Shown: positions 1-9,079 of the stretch, in pieces
Layout of the letters: the number at the start of each line of letters is the position of its first letter
Numbering within the stretch: the stretch's first letter is position 1
Source: Candidatus Woesearchaeota archaeon
Lineage (GTDB): Archaea > Nanobdellota > Nanobdellia > Pacearchaeales > GW2011-AR1
Reading direction: 5' to 3'
Assembly (NCBI GenBank): GCA_964551115.1
Contig: CAZKBE010000004.1
Span: 1-36,512 of the forward strand
Length of the DNA: 36,512 nucleotides
The notes under the pieces: model-generated
The model's database searches: none
Seen by the model: the letters and a program-made list of their open reading frames with translations, nothing else
What the model was told of the DNA's origin: nothing
Position numbers and translations under genes: made by a program

Positions 1-2
1 AG

Positions 3-446
3 TTAATGAAAGTATTTCAAAACCGTGGCGACAAGATCGAAATAGATACTGAAGTTTCTCCTAAGGAGATTTTAGGTTTAATGGAAAAATATCCTCGTGT
101 ATTTTTTGCTTTGAGTTTTTCGGTTAATGGAAATGAATTGAAAATAAAACCTAAAGCTCCTAAATCTGCAAAGCCTTCTTCCGGAGATAAAGAAGCAAAA
201 GCAGAATTTTGTAGTTTAAAAACATCGGATAAGAATCTCATTAAAGAAATCTTCTTTGATTATTCAGACTTTAAGGAGATTTCTATACGGCATACAATAA
301 AGATTAATGAAATAATTTATCCTGCAAATGTTTCATCTCTTAAACCTGAAGAAGTAAGATTACAGAGTAAAAGAAAGGGGATAATTATTAGGAATATTTC
401 GCTTGATGGTAAGATGCAAGTTAGAGAAGCAGCATTTATTGCTTGA
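3..446 (+). CDS. Hypothetical protein, probably 5'-truncated by the window edge
   Basis: Frame is open from position 3 through ATG at 6 to TGA at 446; Lys-rich, codon style like neighbouring genes; no recognised motif. Confidence 0.7.
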   Translation, partial: LMKVFQNRGDKIEIDTEVSPKEILGLMEKYPRVFFALSFSVNGNELKIKPKAPKSAKPSSGDKEAKAEFCSLKTSDKNLIKEIFFDYSDFKEISIRHTIKINEIIYPANVSSLKPEEVRLQSKRKGIIIRNISLDGKMQVREAAFIA

Positions 447-482
447 AGATACATTTATAAATTGGATTATACTAAATAATTT

Positions 483-686
483 ATGGTTAAAAAAGTAAAT
501 TGGACATTGGCACTTATTATGTCTGTTCTTTTTGGTTCAATAGGCGTAGATAGATTTCTAATGGGTCATGTTGGTCTTGGAATTTTGAAATTAATAACCT
601 TTGGTGGATGCGGTATTTGGTGGCTTATCGATTTGATATTAATTGCTACAAAACATCCTTTTGAAGGCATACAATGGATCGAATAG
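483..686 (+). CDS. TM2 domain (NINE-like) small membrane protein
   Basis: LFGSIGVDRFLMG..GLGILKLITFGGCGIWWLIDLILI is the TM2 signature; TATA at 454-461. Confidence 0.9.
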   Translation: MVKKVNWTLALIMSVLFGSIGVDRFLMGHVGLGILKLITFGGCGIWWLIDLILIATKHPFEGIQWIE

Positions 687-1000
687 ATTCTAGAAAAATA
701 TTTAAAGAATTAGTAAAAGTAATTAGTCTTGATTCTAAGTATCGGCCTTATACTCTTTCTTTTATTCTGGTTTATTTATACTTAGTACCTCTATATGTTC
801 TAGAAAGTTATCCTAAGCTATCCATCTGTGCAAAGATCCTAAAAGACTATTGTCCTTCTATTGGTATTACTCGCGGGGTCTCTTCTTTAATTAAGGGGGA
901 TTTATCTTTGGCTTTAAATTATAACCTGTTATCTGTACCTGTTTTCATAGTTATGGTTTCTATAATTCTATTTGATGTTTTTAAAAAGTTTCGAGAATAA
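674..1000 (+). CDS. DUF2752-like membrane protein
   Basis: C..K.....CPSIGITRG..SLIKGDL..AL.YN.L resembles the DUF2752 CPGCGMTRA..GD...A...NPL motif; overlaps TM2 gene by 13 nt. Confidence 0.75.
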   Translation: MDRIDSRKIFKELVKVISLDSKYRPYTLSFILVYLYLVPLYVLESYPKLSICAKILKDYCPSIGITRGVSSLIKGDLSLALNYNLLSVPVFIVMVSIILFDVFKKFRE

Positions 1001-1004
1001 GGAA

Positions 1005-1541
1005 TTATTTTTTATATTCAGTTTCAACCATTATTTTACAAGGTAATCTGGATTTAACTGATGTTAGAAGTTTTCTTACTGCTTGTTCGTTTTTTGTTCC
1101 GTTAACGCCTATAATAAAAAGAGTGCTACCTTCTCTGATTAATGCCGCTCTACCAGTTGTTCTACCGAATGAAAGAGCCATACCTGTACTCATTCTATCT
1201 GCTCCTGCTCCAGTCAACATCTTATTTTCTCTAATAACGTGGTGCGGATAAGGTCTTAATTCTAAATAAAACTCCTTACCTGCTTGTTCTGTGATAAATC
1301 TATTTAAGTACTGCCTAGATGCTTCCAATGCTAAGTCTCGCATTTGAACAAATTCTTTTGTTTTTACAGTTAGTATTGTTTTATATTTGTCAGCTTTATA
1401 TCCTGCCATATCGCCCATTCTATATTTTGTTACCTTACTATTTGGAACTGCCTTGATATAAGAAAGTTTTTGTTTTTTACTTTTCCTAGTAAATGGTAAT
1501 GATCTCATCTTAGAGTAACAGCTTGCTTTTCTCGTTGCCAT
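1005..1541 (-). CDS. rpl10e: 50S ribosomal protein uL16 (L10e)
   Basis: LEASRQ, PYPHHVIRENKMLTGAGADRMSTGM..SFG motifs; start overlaps the rpl35ae stop (TAATG). Confidence 0.97.
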   Translation of the reverse strand: MATRKASCYSKMRSLPFTRKSKKQKLSYIKAVPNSKVTKYRMGDMAGYKADKYKTILTVKTKEFVQMRDLALEASRQYLNRFITEQAGKEFYLELRPYPHHVIRENKMLTGAGADRMSTGMALSFGRTTGRAALIREGSTLFIIGVNGTKNEQAVRKLLTSVKSRLPCKIMVETEYKK

Positions 1542-1813
1542 TAATTTTTATCTCCTAAAATTTTAACAGGGGTGCTTATAGATTGTCCTGGGAGACCCAT
1601 CTCAAATATTGCTCTTACTACGCCTTTTCTTCCATGTGGTGCAGCTATCATTCCTGAAATTATCTTTTTACCTGGAGAAGTCCATTCAACTTTTTTACCT
1701 ACATAATTCGCTGCTTTTTCTTTTGAGTCAATTCCTTCTATTTCTATAAGCATATGTCTTTCGTGAACAGTTCTTCTTCCTCGTCTAAACTGTATGATTC
1801 TTGCGTTTGCCAT
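1541..1813 (-). CDS. rpl35ae: 50S ribosomal protein L35Ae (eL33)
   Basis: FRRGR, GKKVEW, G.I..PHGRKGVVRA.F..GLPGQ motifs. Confidence 0.95.
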   Translation of the reverse strand: MANARIIQFRRGRRTVHERHMLIEIEGIDSKEKAANYVGKKVEWTSPGKKIISGMIAAPHGRKGVVRAIFEMGLPGQSISTPVKILGDKN

Positions 1814-1872
1814 AATAATGTCTTGAAAAATTGGTTTATAAATCTAATTGTTGGACAGGTTTTATGTCAAAA

Positions 1873-1943
1873 TGCGCGGACCGGGAATCGAACCCGGGTC
1901 ACAACCTTGGCAAGGTCGTATTCTACCATTTAACCATCCACGC
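1873..1943 (-). tRNA. tRNA-Gly(GCC), no intron, CCA not encoded
   Basis: Reverse complement GCGTGGA...CGACC-TTGCCAA-GGTTG...CCGGG-TTCGATT-CCCGG-TCCGCGC-A folds into a cloverleaf. Confidence 0.96.
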
Positions 1944-2039
1944 TTATAGTTATAATCTAACTAGGGTTTAAAAGACTAACTTTTTATTAATTTGTTTAAT
2001 CAGCATAATTTTTATAAACTCTGGAAGTTATTAATTATC

Positions 2040-2378
2040 CTGTCTAGAAATTTTGTCCAATCGTGGTTTGATGAGAAGTATTCTAGTGGTCGAAAGCCCA
2101 CCTTGGAAGATAAATCTTCTTTGTTTAGTGGGCTACTTAGGTCTTCTGATCGATGTAAAAAAGAAGTAGAAGAAGCAATAAAAGATACTTTGTTTAGTTT
2201 AAAGCAAAAAGGCGGTTACGCTCCTTCTTTGCATGCGATTGCTTATGAACTAGTCCATACGCTTGGTCCGGCTGTCAGTTTAGATCCTAATGTTTTTAAG
2301 AACTATAGGGAGCAATATCAATCAGCTTTAAACAAACATAGGGATAAGAATGTATTTAGTGATAATTTTCAGAGCTAA
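2040..2378 (+). CDS. Orphan hypothetical protein between divergent tRNAs; start uncertain (CTG 2040 by promoter geometry, TTG 1992 in the ORF track)
   Basis: Open frame to TAA 2378; TTTATAAA at 2011-2018 begins 29 nt before an in-frame CTG at 2040; no in-frame ATG; no recognised motif. Confidence 0.45.
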   Translation: MSRNFVQSWFDEKYSSGRKPTLEDKSSLFSGLLRSSDRCKKEVEEAIKDTLFSLKQKGGYAPSLHAIAYELVHTLGPAVSLDPNVFKNYREQYQSALNKHRDKNVFSDNFQS

Positions 2379-2447
2379 TTTTACCCTATTTGCATAGTAT
2401 TATTTAAAGTCAAACTTTAAAAAGCAAGAATTGTAGGTAAATATATT

Positions 2448-2518
2448 GGGCTCATAAGCTAATGGTAGACTCTCTCGTTTACACCGAGATGGCGCAGGTT
2501 CGATTCCTGCTGGGCCCA
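2448..2518 (+). tRNA. tRNA-Val(TAC), no intron, CCA not encoded
   Basis: GGGCTCA/TGGGCCC acceptor stem, TCTCG-TTTACAC-CGAGA anticodon arm, GCAGG-TTCGATT-CCTGC T arm; TATA at 2416. Confidence 0.96.
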
Positions 2519-2556
2519 TTCCTAAACTTTATAAAGGCATATACTTTAACAAGTAT

Positions 2557-4434
2557 ATGGTTTCAGAAGAACAGAAGAGGAAAAAAGAGGGTAGTTCTGT
2601 TGAACAAAATATTTCTAATACTTACGTTCCTAAATCTAAACTAGGTACTCTTCCAATTTCAAATCCATTAGAAAGCGAAATGCAAAAAAAGATGGATAAG
2701 ATTAAAGAAAACTTAGAGAAGTTTAAAAAAGAATCTATTAAAAAGTTTAAATTTATCGAAGCTATTGGTTTGATTCCTCAACAGGCAAATAAAAAAATAG
2801 AGGAAGAATATGAGATTTCTGAAGAAGACTCTAAAAGAGAGTTAATTCACGTTTTGACACTAATTCCCGAAGATAAATTTAAGGAATTACAAAAGATAAA
2901 ATTAGAATTAATAAAAATCGGAAAACAATTAGATGAAAAAATTTGGGTCCATTTGATGACTCCGGTAGATATGTGGAATCTTTGTCTAGACTCTAAGTTT
3001 GATATTGCTGAGGCTCTGGCTATGTCCTATCCCATATTGGATAAAGGAATATTGGGGGGAATTAGAGTTGCACAGATTCATAAGTCGCTAGTTTTAAAGA
3101 AATTTGAAAAGTATGTAACTAGTTATGTTTTTGGAGGGTCTTTGGCTAGGGGAGAGGCTAAACCTACCTCTGATGTAGATATCTTTGTAGTTATAGATGA
3201 TACAGATGTTAAACGAATGCCACGTTTAGAACTTAAAGAGAAGTTAAGATCTATTATTTTTCAATATATTCAAGAAGCAACAGCTCTAGCAGGTGTGAAA
3301 AATATTTTAAATGTTCAGACATATCTTTTAACTGAGTTTTGGGAAGCAGTCAAAGACGCCCACCCAGTTATGTTTACATTCATTAGAGATGGTATTCCCT
3401 TATATGATCGTGGAGCTTTTTTACCTTGGAAACAACTCTTAAGGATGGGTAAAATAAAACCTAGCCCGGAAGCATTGGATATGTTTATGTCTGCCGGAGA
3501 TAAAATGGCTGAGAATATTGAAAGGCGTTTGATAGATATTGTTATGATGGATATTTATTGGGGAGTTTTAACACCCACACAGGGTGTTTTAATGCTTTAT
3601 GGGCTTGCACCCCCTACACATAAGGAAACTGTTGCACTTTTTGAGGAAACCTTTGTTAAGAAAGAGAAGTTAATTGAGCAGAAGTACGCAGATGTATTAT
3701 ATGAAGTGGTTATAAAATATTTTAAGGGTTATGAACACGGAAAAATTAAAAAGATTAGCGGCATAGAATTAGATAAGTTGTACAAAAGTTCGGTTGATTA
3801 TATAAAACGATTAAAAGAGCTTAGAAAACAAATAGAAAATCGGGTTAGGGAAAATTCTATTGCTAAGGTATATGATGAATCTTTTGGTATGGTCGGAGCA
3901 TTACTTGGAAAGAAAGAAGAAAAGGCAATTTTATTTGAATTTGAGAGACAGTTAGTTAAAACTGGAAAATTTCCTAGAAAGTTCTTAGAACATTTGGAGT
4001 TTATTTCTAGAGTCAAAAAAGAAGTATTGGAACAAAAAAATAAGAAATCTTCTAAAAAAGATCAAGATAAAAAGAAAAAGTTAGATCTGATGAGTGGCAA
4101 GGAGATAAATGAAGTTGATCAAGCAAGAAAATTGGGAGCAGAAATTGTAAATACTTTAATAGAGCATAATCAAAGATGTGAAATGCTTTCTTTAGATCGG
4201 ACCAGATTTTTAATAAAAACGAGCGATAGGCAAGCAGAAGTCTTTTTCTTGAAAAAAACTTTTGTAGTTGAAAAAGAGAAAATCTTTGTTGTTTCAAACA
4301 ATTCTTTAGTTTTGTCTAATCTCGAAGAGTTAAATAAAAATTTAGTTGATCAAAAAAACAAAAAAACATCAATCAATCTTGTTTCTCTAGATGTTTTAAA
4401 GAAAGAGTTTGGTGAGTTTGATTTGGAATACTAA
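2557..4434 (+). CDS. Pol-beta-superfamily nucleotidyltransferase (MNT-like) fused to HEPN-like domain(s)
   Basis: GGSLARGEAKPTSDVDIFVV is the GS-x10-DxD NTase motif; PPTHKETVALFEETFVK and KGYEH resemble HEPN elements. Confidence 0.8.
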   Translation: MVSEEQKRKKEGSSVEQNISNTYVPKSKLGTLPISNPLESEMQKKMDKIKENLEKFKKESIKKFKFIEAIGLIPQQANKKIEEEYEISEEDSKRELIHVLTLIPEDKFKELQKIKLELIKIGKQLDEKIWVHLMTPVDMWNLCLDSKFDIAEALAMSYPILDKGILGGIRVAQIHKSLVLKKFEKYVTSYVFGGSLARGEAKPTSDVDIFVVIDDTDVKRMPRLELKEKLRSIIFQYIQEATALAGVKNILNVQTYLLTEFWEAVKDAHPVMFTFIRDGIPLYDRGAFLPWKQLLRMGKIKPSPEALDMFMSAGDKMAENIERRLIDIVMMDIYWGVLTPTQGVLMLYGLAPPTHKETVALFEETFVKKEKLIEQKYADVLYEVVIKYFKGYEHGKIKKISGIELDKLYKSSVDYIKRLKELRKQIENRVRENSIAKVYDESFGMVGALLGKKEEKAILFEFERQLVKTGKFPRKFLEHLEFISRVKKEVLEQKNKKSSKKDQDKKKKLDLMSGKEINEVDQARKLGAEIVNTLIEHNQRCEMLSLDRTRFLIKTSDRQAEVFFLKKTFVVEKEKIFVVSNNSLVLSNLEELNKNLVDQKNKKTSINLVSLDVLKKEFGEFDLEY

Positions 4435-4452
4435 ATTAATTTATTAAAATTT

Positions 4453-6444
4453 TTATTCTTCTTGCATATGTGTTCTTTTTAATAAGTCTTTTAACTTGTT
4501 TTGGTTATCTTCTCTTTCTGATACTCTTAGAACTTTATAATACGTATTTCCCATTATTTCTATTTTTTCAGTTCTAACTTCTCTTAATAGTTTACTTTTT
4601 ACTTTTTCTGATATTATTACTTCTTGTTTAGACATCTCTGCGAGTTTCCTAGAAAATGGAATCGTAGTTCCAAGACCCGTATATTTCAAACTGCCTTTTT
4701 CTATTGAGGTGATTAAGTCTCCTGAGTTTATACCTATTCCAAATTCAATCTTGTCGCTATATTTTCGATTAGATTCTTGAAGCAAGGTATTAATCTCTAA
4801 GCCCATTTTTATCGCACTATACTCATTTTTATAGGTTTTTGTTTTTCTTGATGAGAATATCATAAATATATCTCTTTCCTTGAAATCCATTGCAGCGTTA
4901 TGTTTTTCTCCTATTTCTTTGATTATTTTTTCTACATTATTTTTAATAAATGGTTTAAGTTCGTTTTTTATTCTAACTGTTACTATCGTGGATGGTTCTC
5001 GTAGGCCGTTGATTACTGTAGAAGCCTGTGCATTGTTTAGTTTAGCTCTTTTTTCTTGGTCTAATATATTCCTACCTCTGGAATCACTTTTCATATTCCT
5101 CAAGTTTTCTATTTTTGATTTTACTCTACTATTCAATCCGAATGTTTTTCTATTATATCTAAAGAATCCTACTATCCCTAACAGGATTATTAATGTAATG
5201 ATAATTGACCAAACAAAGGGATAGCCGGAAAATAGAAGGAATTTTCCATAGTCCTCTATAGAAATCGCATTTCCCGTCAAAAGAAGTCTCTTTTCTAATC
5301 CGTTATTTCCTCCTTCTATTCTAATGTCATGTTCTCCTGTTGGGGCAGAAAGAGTAAATTTTCTCTCTTCACCCTGTTTTATATTAAGTGAAAGATTTCT
5401 TGGTTCTTGTCCAATAGTTATATTTATATCTCCTACAAAATCACCGTTACCAATATTTTTTATAACCAATACGGAAGAATCTTCTAAGAAACTATAATTT
5501 AGTAGGGGTATTTCATTAACTTTTATATTTCTTTCTTCTATTAGTCTACCATACAATGAGTATAGTTTCCAGTTACCTGCTGTAGCATTAGTTGGAATGT
5601 TAATTATTCCTGTACTCCCAGAGTCTACAGCCAAGTTGATTTTTTCTCTTAGGGGCGACATAAATTCTATTGAGATTCTTCCTTGCATATTTTTACCGGA
5701 TTGATCAAATAAAGTTGCTTGAAACTCAAAAGGTTTTCCAGGGTTTATCTCTAATGAAGGTATTGTTAGCGGTACAGAATAAGCAATTTGATTTATTTTA
5801 AAATTTAAGGTGGTTGTTTTGGAGTTAAGTATTTCCCCATTTTTATCTTTATCAAATGCTTGGATTGTTAGAGAATACTCACCTGCTTCTAAATTATTTT
5901 CCGTTACGAATATTTCTTTGATTGTTCCATCGAGTATCTGTTTTTCAAATTCAATTATTCCTGTAGCTTTTACAAATCCTTCTAATTTTTGTCCGTTTGA
6001 TTTTATTGCATCTATTTCCAATACGATTGCTTCTCCAGGATCGTAGAACTCTTTATCTAAACTTGCTTGAACGTTTATATCAGAGCTTATTCTAAATTTT
6101 TCACTATGTGCAATTATATTGCCTAGGTTGGCAGCTAATTGACATTCTCCTGTAAGATTCCCTATATATTCTTTGCTTAATATTATCTTATGGTTTATTT
6201 TTGTTTCTTGATTTGCTGTAAATGCACTCTCTGCGGGTGAAATTTTATAGAATGTTTCGGAATATTCTCCACAGATAAGATTCAATTCAAAGTTGCCTTC
6301 TACAACCGACGGGTTGATTGTCAGTGTAGTGTAAATTGTATCTCCTAGGTTGTATATACTCGCTGGTGAGGAGATCGTTATAGTTGCCGAAGCAGTGCTA
6401 ATTAAAATAATTAACAAGATAAATGCTAGTTGACTCTTTTTCAT
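4453..6444 (-). CDS. Single-pass membrane protein: signal peptide, beta-rich extracellular region, TM, cytoplasmic degenerate class III nucleotidyl-cyclase-like domain
   Basis: N-terminal hydrophobic signal; TM VWSIIITLIILLGIVGFF; C-terminal FGIGINSGD..YTGLGTTI..SRKL..EVIISE matches the cyclase fold pattern. Confidence 0.75.
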   Translation of the reverse strand: MKKSQLAFILLIILISTASATITISSPASIYNLGDTIYTTLTINPSVVEGNFELNLICGEYSETFYKISPAESAFTANQETKINHKIILSKEYIGNLTGECQLAANLGNIIAHSEKFRISSDINVQASLDKEFYDPGEAIVLEIDAIKSNGQKLEGFVKATGIIEFEKQILDGTIKEIFVTENNLEAGEYSLTIQAFDKDKNGEILNSKTTTLNFKINQIAYSVPLTIPSLEINPGKPFEFQATLFDQSGKNMQGRISIEFMSPLREKINLAVDSGSTGIINIPTNATAGNWKLYSLYGRLIEERNIKVNEIPLLNYSFLEDSSVLVIKNIGNGDFVGDINITIGQEPRNLSLNIKQGEERKFTLSAPTGEHDIRIEGGNNGLEKRLLLTGNAISIEDYGKFLLFSGYPFVWSIIITLIILLGIVGFFRYNRKTFGLNSRVKSKIENLRNMKSDSRGRNILDQEKRAKLNNAQASTVINGLREPSTIVTVRIKNELKPFIKNNVEKIIKEIGEKHNAAMDFKERDIFMIFSSRKTKTYKNEYSAIKMGLEINTLLQESNRKYSDKIEFGIGINSGDLITSIEKGSLKYTGLGTTIPFSRKLAEMSKQEVIISEKVKSKLLREVRTEKIEIMGNTYYKVLRVSEREDNQNKLKDLLKRTHMQEE

Positions 6445-6493
6445 AGAATTAAGAGAAAAACTAAGTTTTTAAACATTATTGAGATAAATCTTT

Positions 6494-6898
6494 TTAACAA
6501 CAATACAATTTGTCTCCTTCTGGTTTTTTGCCTCCAAAAGGGTTTCCTGTTTTTCTTACATTTTCTATCATTTCCTGGTTAGTTTTTATGTTTTTTTCTT
6601 GTAGGGTTACAGCTTCTCGGGCTTTTAGGATAGCCTCACAAATTTTTAGATTAAGTGGGCATTTTTTCTCACAAGCCTTACAAAGATTACATTCAAATAT
6701 CCTCTCTTGAACAATCTTGTTTAGTAGAAGAATTGAGTGACCTCTGGGGGATATTTCTTCCTCTTTTAAGATTTTAAAGACTGGACAAAGACTTTTACAT
6801 AGTCCGCATTTTATACACTTTTCTAATATTGCTGAAGCTTCTTCTAATGCATTAGAACTTTCTATTCTTTGTTGTTTTGTTGTTTTTTCTTTTTTCAT
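6494..6898 (-). CDS. 2x[4Fe-4S] dicluster protein (like the N-terminal part of GlcF/HdrC)
   Basis: CIKCGLCKSLCP, SPRG, CNLCKACEKKCP, TGNPFG. Confidence 0.9.
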   Translation of the reverse strand: MKKEKTTKQQRIESSNALEEASAILEKCIKCGLCKSLCPVFKILKEEEISPRGHSILLLNKIVQERIFECNLCKACEKKCPLNLKICEAILKAREAVTLQEKNIKTNQEMIENVRKTGNPFGGKKPEGDKLYCC

Positions 6899-7929
6899 AT
6901 TTTTGCATTTTCTAAGCTGTAATTTTTTAAATTATTTTTGAACTTTTCCAGGTCTGATTTGTTGATTTGTCCGCCAGCAGCAGATATGTGCCCGCCGGCC
7001 ATTCCATCTTTTAATCCATTTAGACAATCTTGCATTATTTTTAAGACGTTATATTTTTTAGCTTGATTTCTTCCAGAGATACTAATTAAGTTTTCTTTTT
7101 TTGGAGTTGAGATTATATATATCTTGTTTGGTTCTTTTTCTGATAATCCGGTTATAAAAGGAGACTTTAGAAGCTTAAATTTAGATTCCAAATAAAAATA
7201 ATTAATTTCACTTATCTTTTCTTTCTTTTTTTCAAATTCTTCTTCCAATCTGGAGAATTCTTCTTCTACTGGCTTATAATATTCTTCAAGTTGATAAATG
7301 TCTGTGATTTTTTTTAGTTTGGCAATCTTGTAGAACGAATCTATGCTTGCGGAGAAGAAAACGATTACATCATTTAATAACTTGGTAAACTCAAAAGTCT
7401 CTTGATAGTTTGTGTTGTTTTCTTTGTAGAATTTGGTTAAAAACTCCATATTCTCTTTGTAGAGTTGTCCCATATCTGAAAGAGTTCCTAGAACCCCTAA
7501 CCATTTTAATTTTTGGTTTTCTTTTTCTGTAAGTTCATAACACGTTCTGCTAGAGGGAATATATTCTTCTTTTTTAGTTCTCAATTCTAATATAAATTCG
7601 GCTATCGGGCTACTCTCATCTTCTTGGTGGTGATCTGTGTAGAGTATTTTTTTATCTTTTAATTTTGACAAATCTTTTGAAACTGCCATAGGGGGCAAAT
7701 CTGATAGGATAATCTTATTAAAACTTTTTAAATCATATTCACTGATACTATTAACTCCATAATCTATAATAAAAACTTCGATTTTTGCTTTTTTTATTAT
7801 ACCGAAATTATATAGTAAGCTTCCTGCTGCGAATCCGTCTAGATCTTTGTGTGTAAAAATGGCAATTTTATCCTTTTCATTTATTTTTTCTAAAAATTCT
7901 CCTGCTTGTTTAGATGTTATTTTAACCAT
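6895..7929 (-). CDS. DHH/DHHA1 family phosphoesterase (RecJ/NrnA-like)
   Basis: HKDLDG, SD, DHH, SD, SGR and GGH..AAG motifs all present. Confidence 0.92.
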   Translation of the reverse strand: MVKITSKQAGEFLEKINEKDKIAIFTHKDLDGFAAGSLLYNFGIIKKAKIEVFIIDYGVNSISEYDLKSFNKIILSDLPPMAVSKDLSKLKDKKILYTDHHQEDESSPIAEFILELRTKKEEYIPSSRTCYELTEKENQKLKWLGVLGTLSDMGQLYKENMEFLTKFYKENNTNYQETFEFTKLLNDVIVFFSASIDSFYKIAKLKKITDIYQLEEYYKPVEEEFSRLEEEFEKKKEKISEINYFYLESKFKLLKSPFITGLSEKEPNKIYIISTPKKENLISISGRNQAKKYNVLKIMQDCLNGLKDGMAGGHISAAGGQINKSDLEKFKNNLKNYSLENAKI

Positions 7930-9035
7930 TATAGGACTTTTCCCGGATTAAATTTATTTTGTGGATCTAATCTTTTCTTTATGTTTATCAGGAGTTTTTT
8001 ATCATTTGGATCTATAAATTCTTTTTTTAATAATCCTATCCCATGTTCTCCTGTTATTTGTCCACTCAATCTCTTTACTAATTTCATCATCTCCGGGATA
8101 TACTTTTCTTGTTGTTTTGAAAAACATGGGTGTAATATTCCTACGGAGATATGACCATATGTGGGAATTTTTCTATCTTCTAGCCATTGGATTAGGGTAT
8201 CAATTTTATCTAGCATAATTTTTGGATCTTCTATCCTATTAAATCCTGCTCCTGCTAGTTGCGGGTATATCTTGTCTCTTATCTGATAAATTTCTTTTGA
8301 GTTCGTTAGAATTTTATTTATTGTTTCTTTTTCTACGAATAGGTGGTAGGTTTCTTTTAATCCGACCATTTTAGAAACTGGTTTATCCATGAATTCAATA
8401 ATAGTCACATCTGGCTCTTGTTTAAGTTTTTTAACTGTACTTATAACTTCTTCTAGTTCTTGAAATTCTAGTATCTCTGGAATTCTTGTTTTTTTCTCGG
8501 TAAGTTTTAAACAAGCTTTAGTAATTACCCCCGTTATTCCTTCCATTCCTGAAAAATCCATTATTTCTGATTTATTTTTTTGTTCTACTGCTCCTTTTGA
8601 GTTTACTACTTCTAACCAAAGTACCCATTCGGATGTTCTTCCATATTTTAATGCTCGGCTTCCAACAGCATTAGTTGAAATCATCCCCCCAATAGTACAG
8701 ATAGCATGTGAGGAAGGATTTATTGGAAATTCTAGGTTATATTTAAATAAAAAGTCTTGTAGATCATCTAAGATTAATCCTGCTTCAACAATAATTATCT
8801 TTTTATTTAGATTAAATTCGGTTATCTTATCTAGTTTGGAGAGATCTAATAAATCATTTTCTTGGGGAATCGCACCTCCTGCAAGCCCTGTTCCTCCGCC
8901 TCTTATTGTTAGGCTCTTGCTTTTTTTTATAATCCCTTGTAATTCTGCTAAGGTCTTAGGTTGTAGAACTTTTTGAGTTGTTCCATTAAGCTGGGAGGAA
9001 TCTGTTTCATATGGTTTAAGAGAATGTTCTTTCAT
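7929..9035 (-). CDS. FAD-binding oxidoreductase, GlcD/D-lactate dehydrogenase (VAO) family
   Basis: RGGGTGLAGGAIP, PSS..CTIGGMISTNA.G, GMEGITGVIT, GH..GILHP, GEHGIG..K, DP.N.FNPGK. Confidence 0.93.
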   Translation of the reverse strand: MKEHSLKPYETDSSQLNGTTQKVLQPKTLAELQGIIKKSKSLTIRGGGTGLAGGAIPQENDLLDLSKLDKITEFNLNKKIIIVEAGLILDDLQDFLFKYNLEFPINPSSHAICTIGGMISTNAVGSRALKYGRTSEWVLWLEVVNSKGAVEQKNKSEIMDFSGMEGITGVITKACLKLTEKKTRIPEILEFQELEEVISTVKKLKQEPDVTIIEFMDKPVSKMVGLKETYHLFVEKETINKILTNSKEIYQIRDKIYPQLAGAGFNRIEDPKIMLDKIDTLIQWLEDRKIPTYGHISVGILHPCFSKQQEKYIPEMMKLVKRLSGQITGEHGIGLLKKEFIDPNDKKLLINIKKRLDPQNKFNPGKVL

Positions 9036-9079
9036 ATTTATTTTAATGAGCGAATGTTTAAAACTCTTTTGATTAGAAG

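Noticed and set aside
2462-2644. 60-aa ORF in the track
   Set aside because: Overlaps tRNA-Val and the promoter and start of the NTase gene
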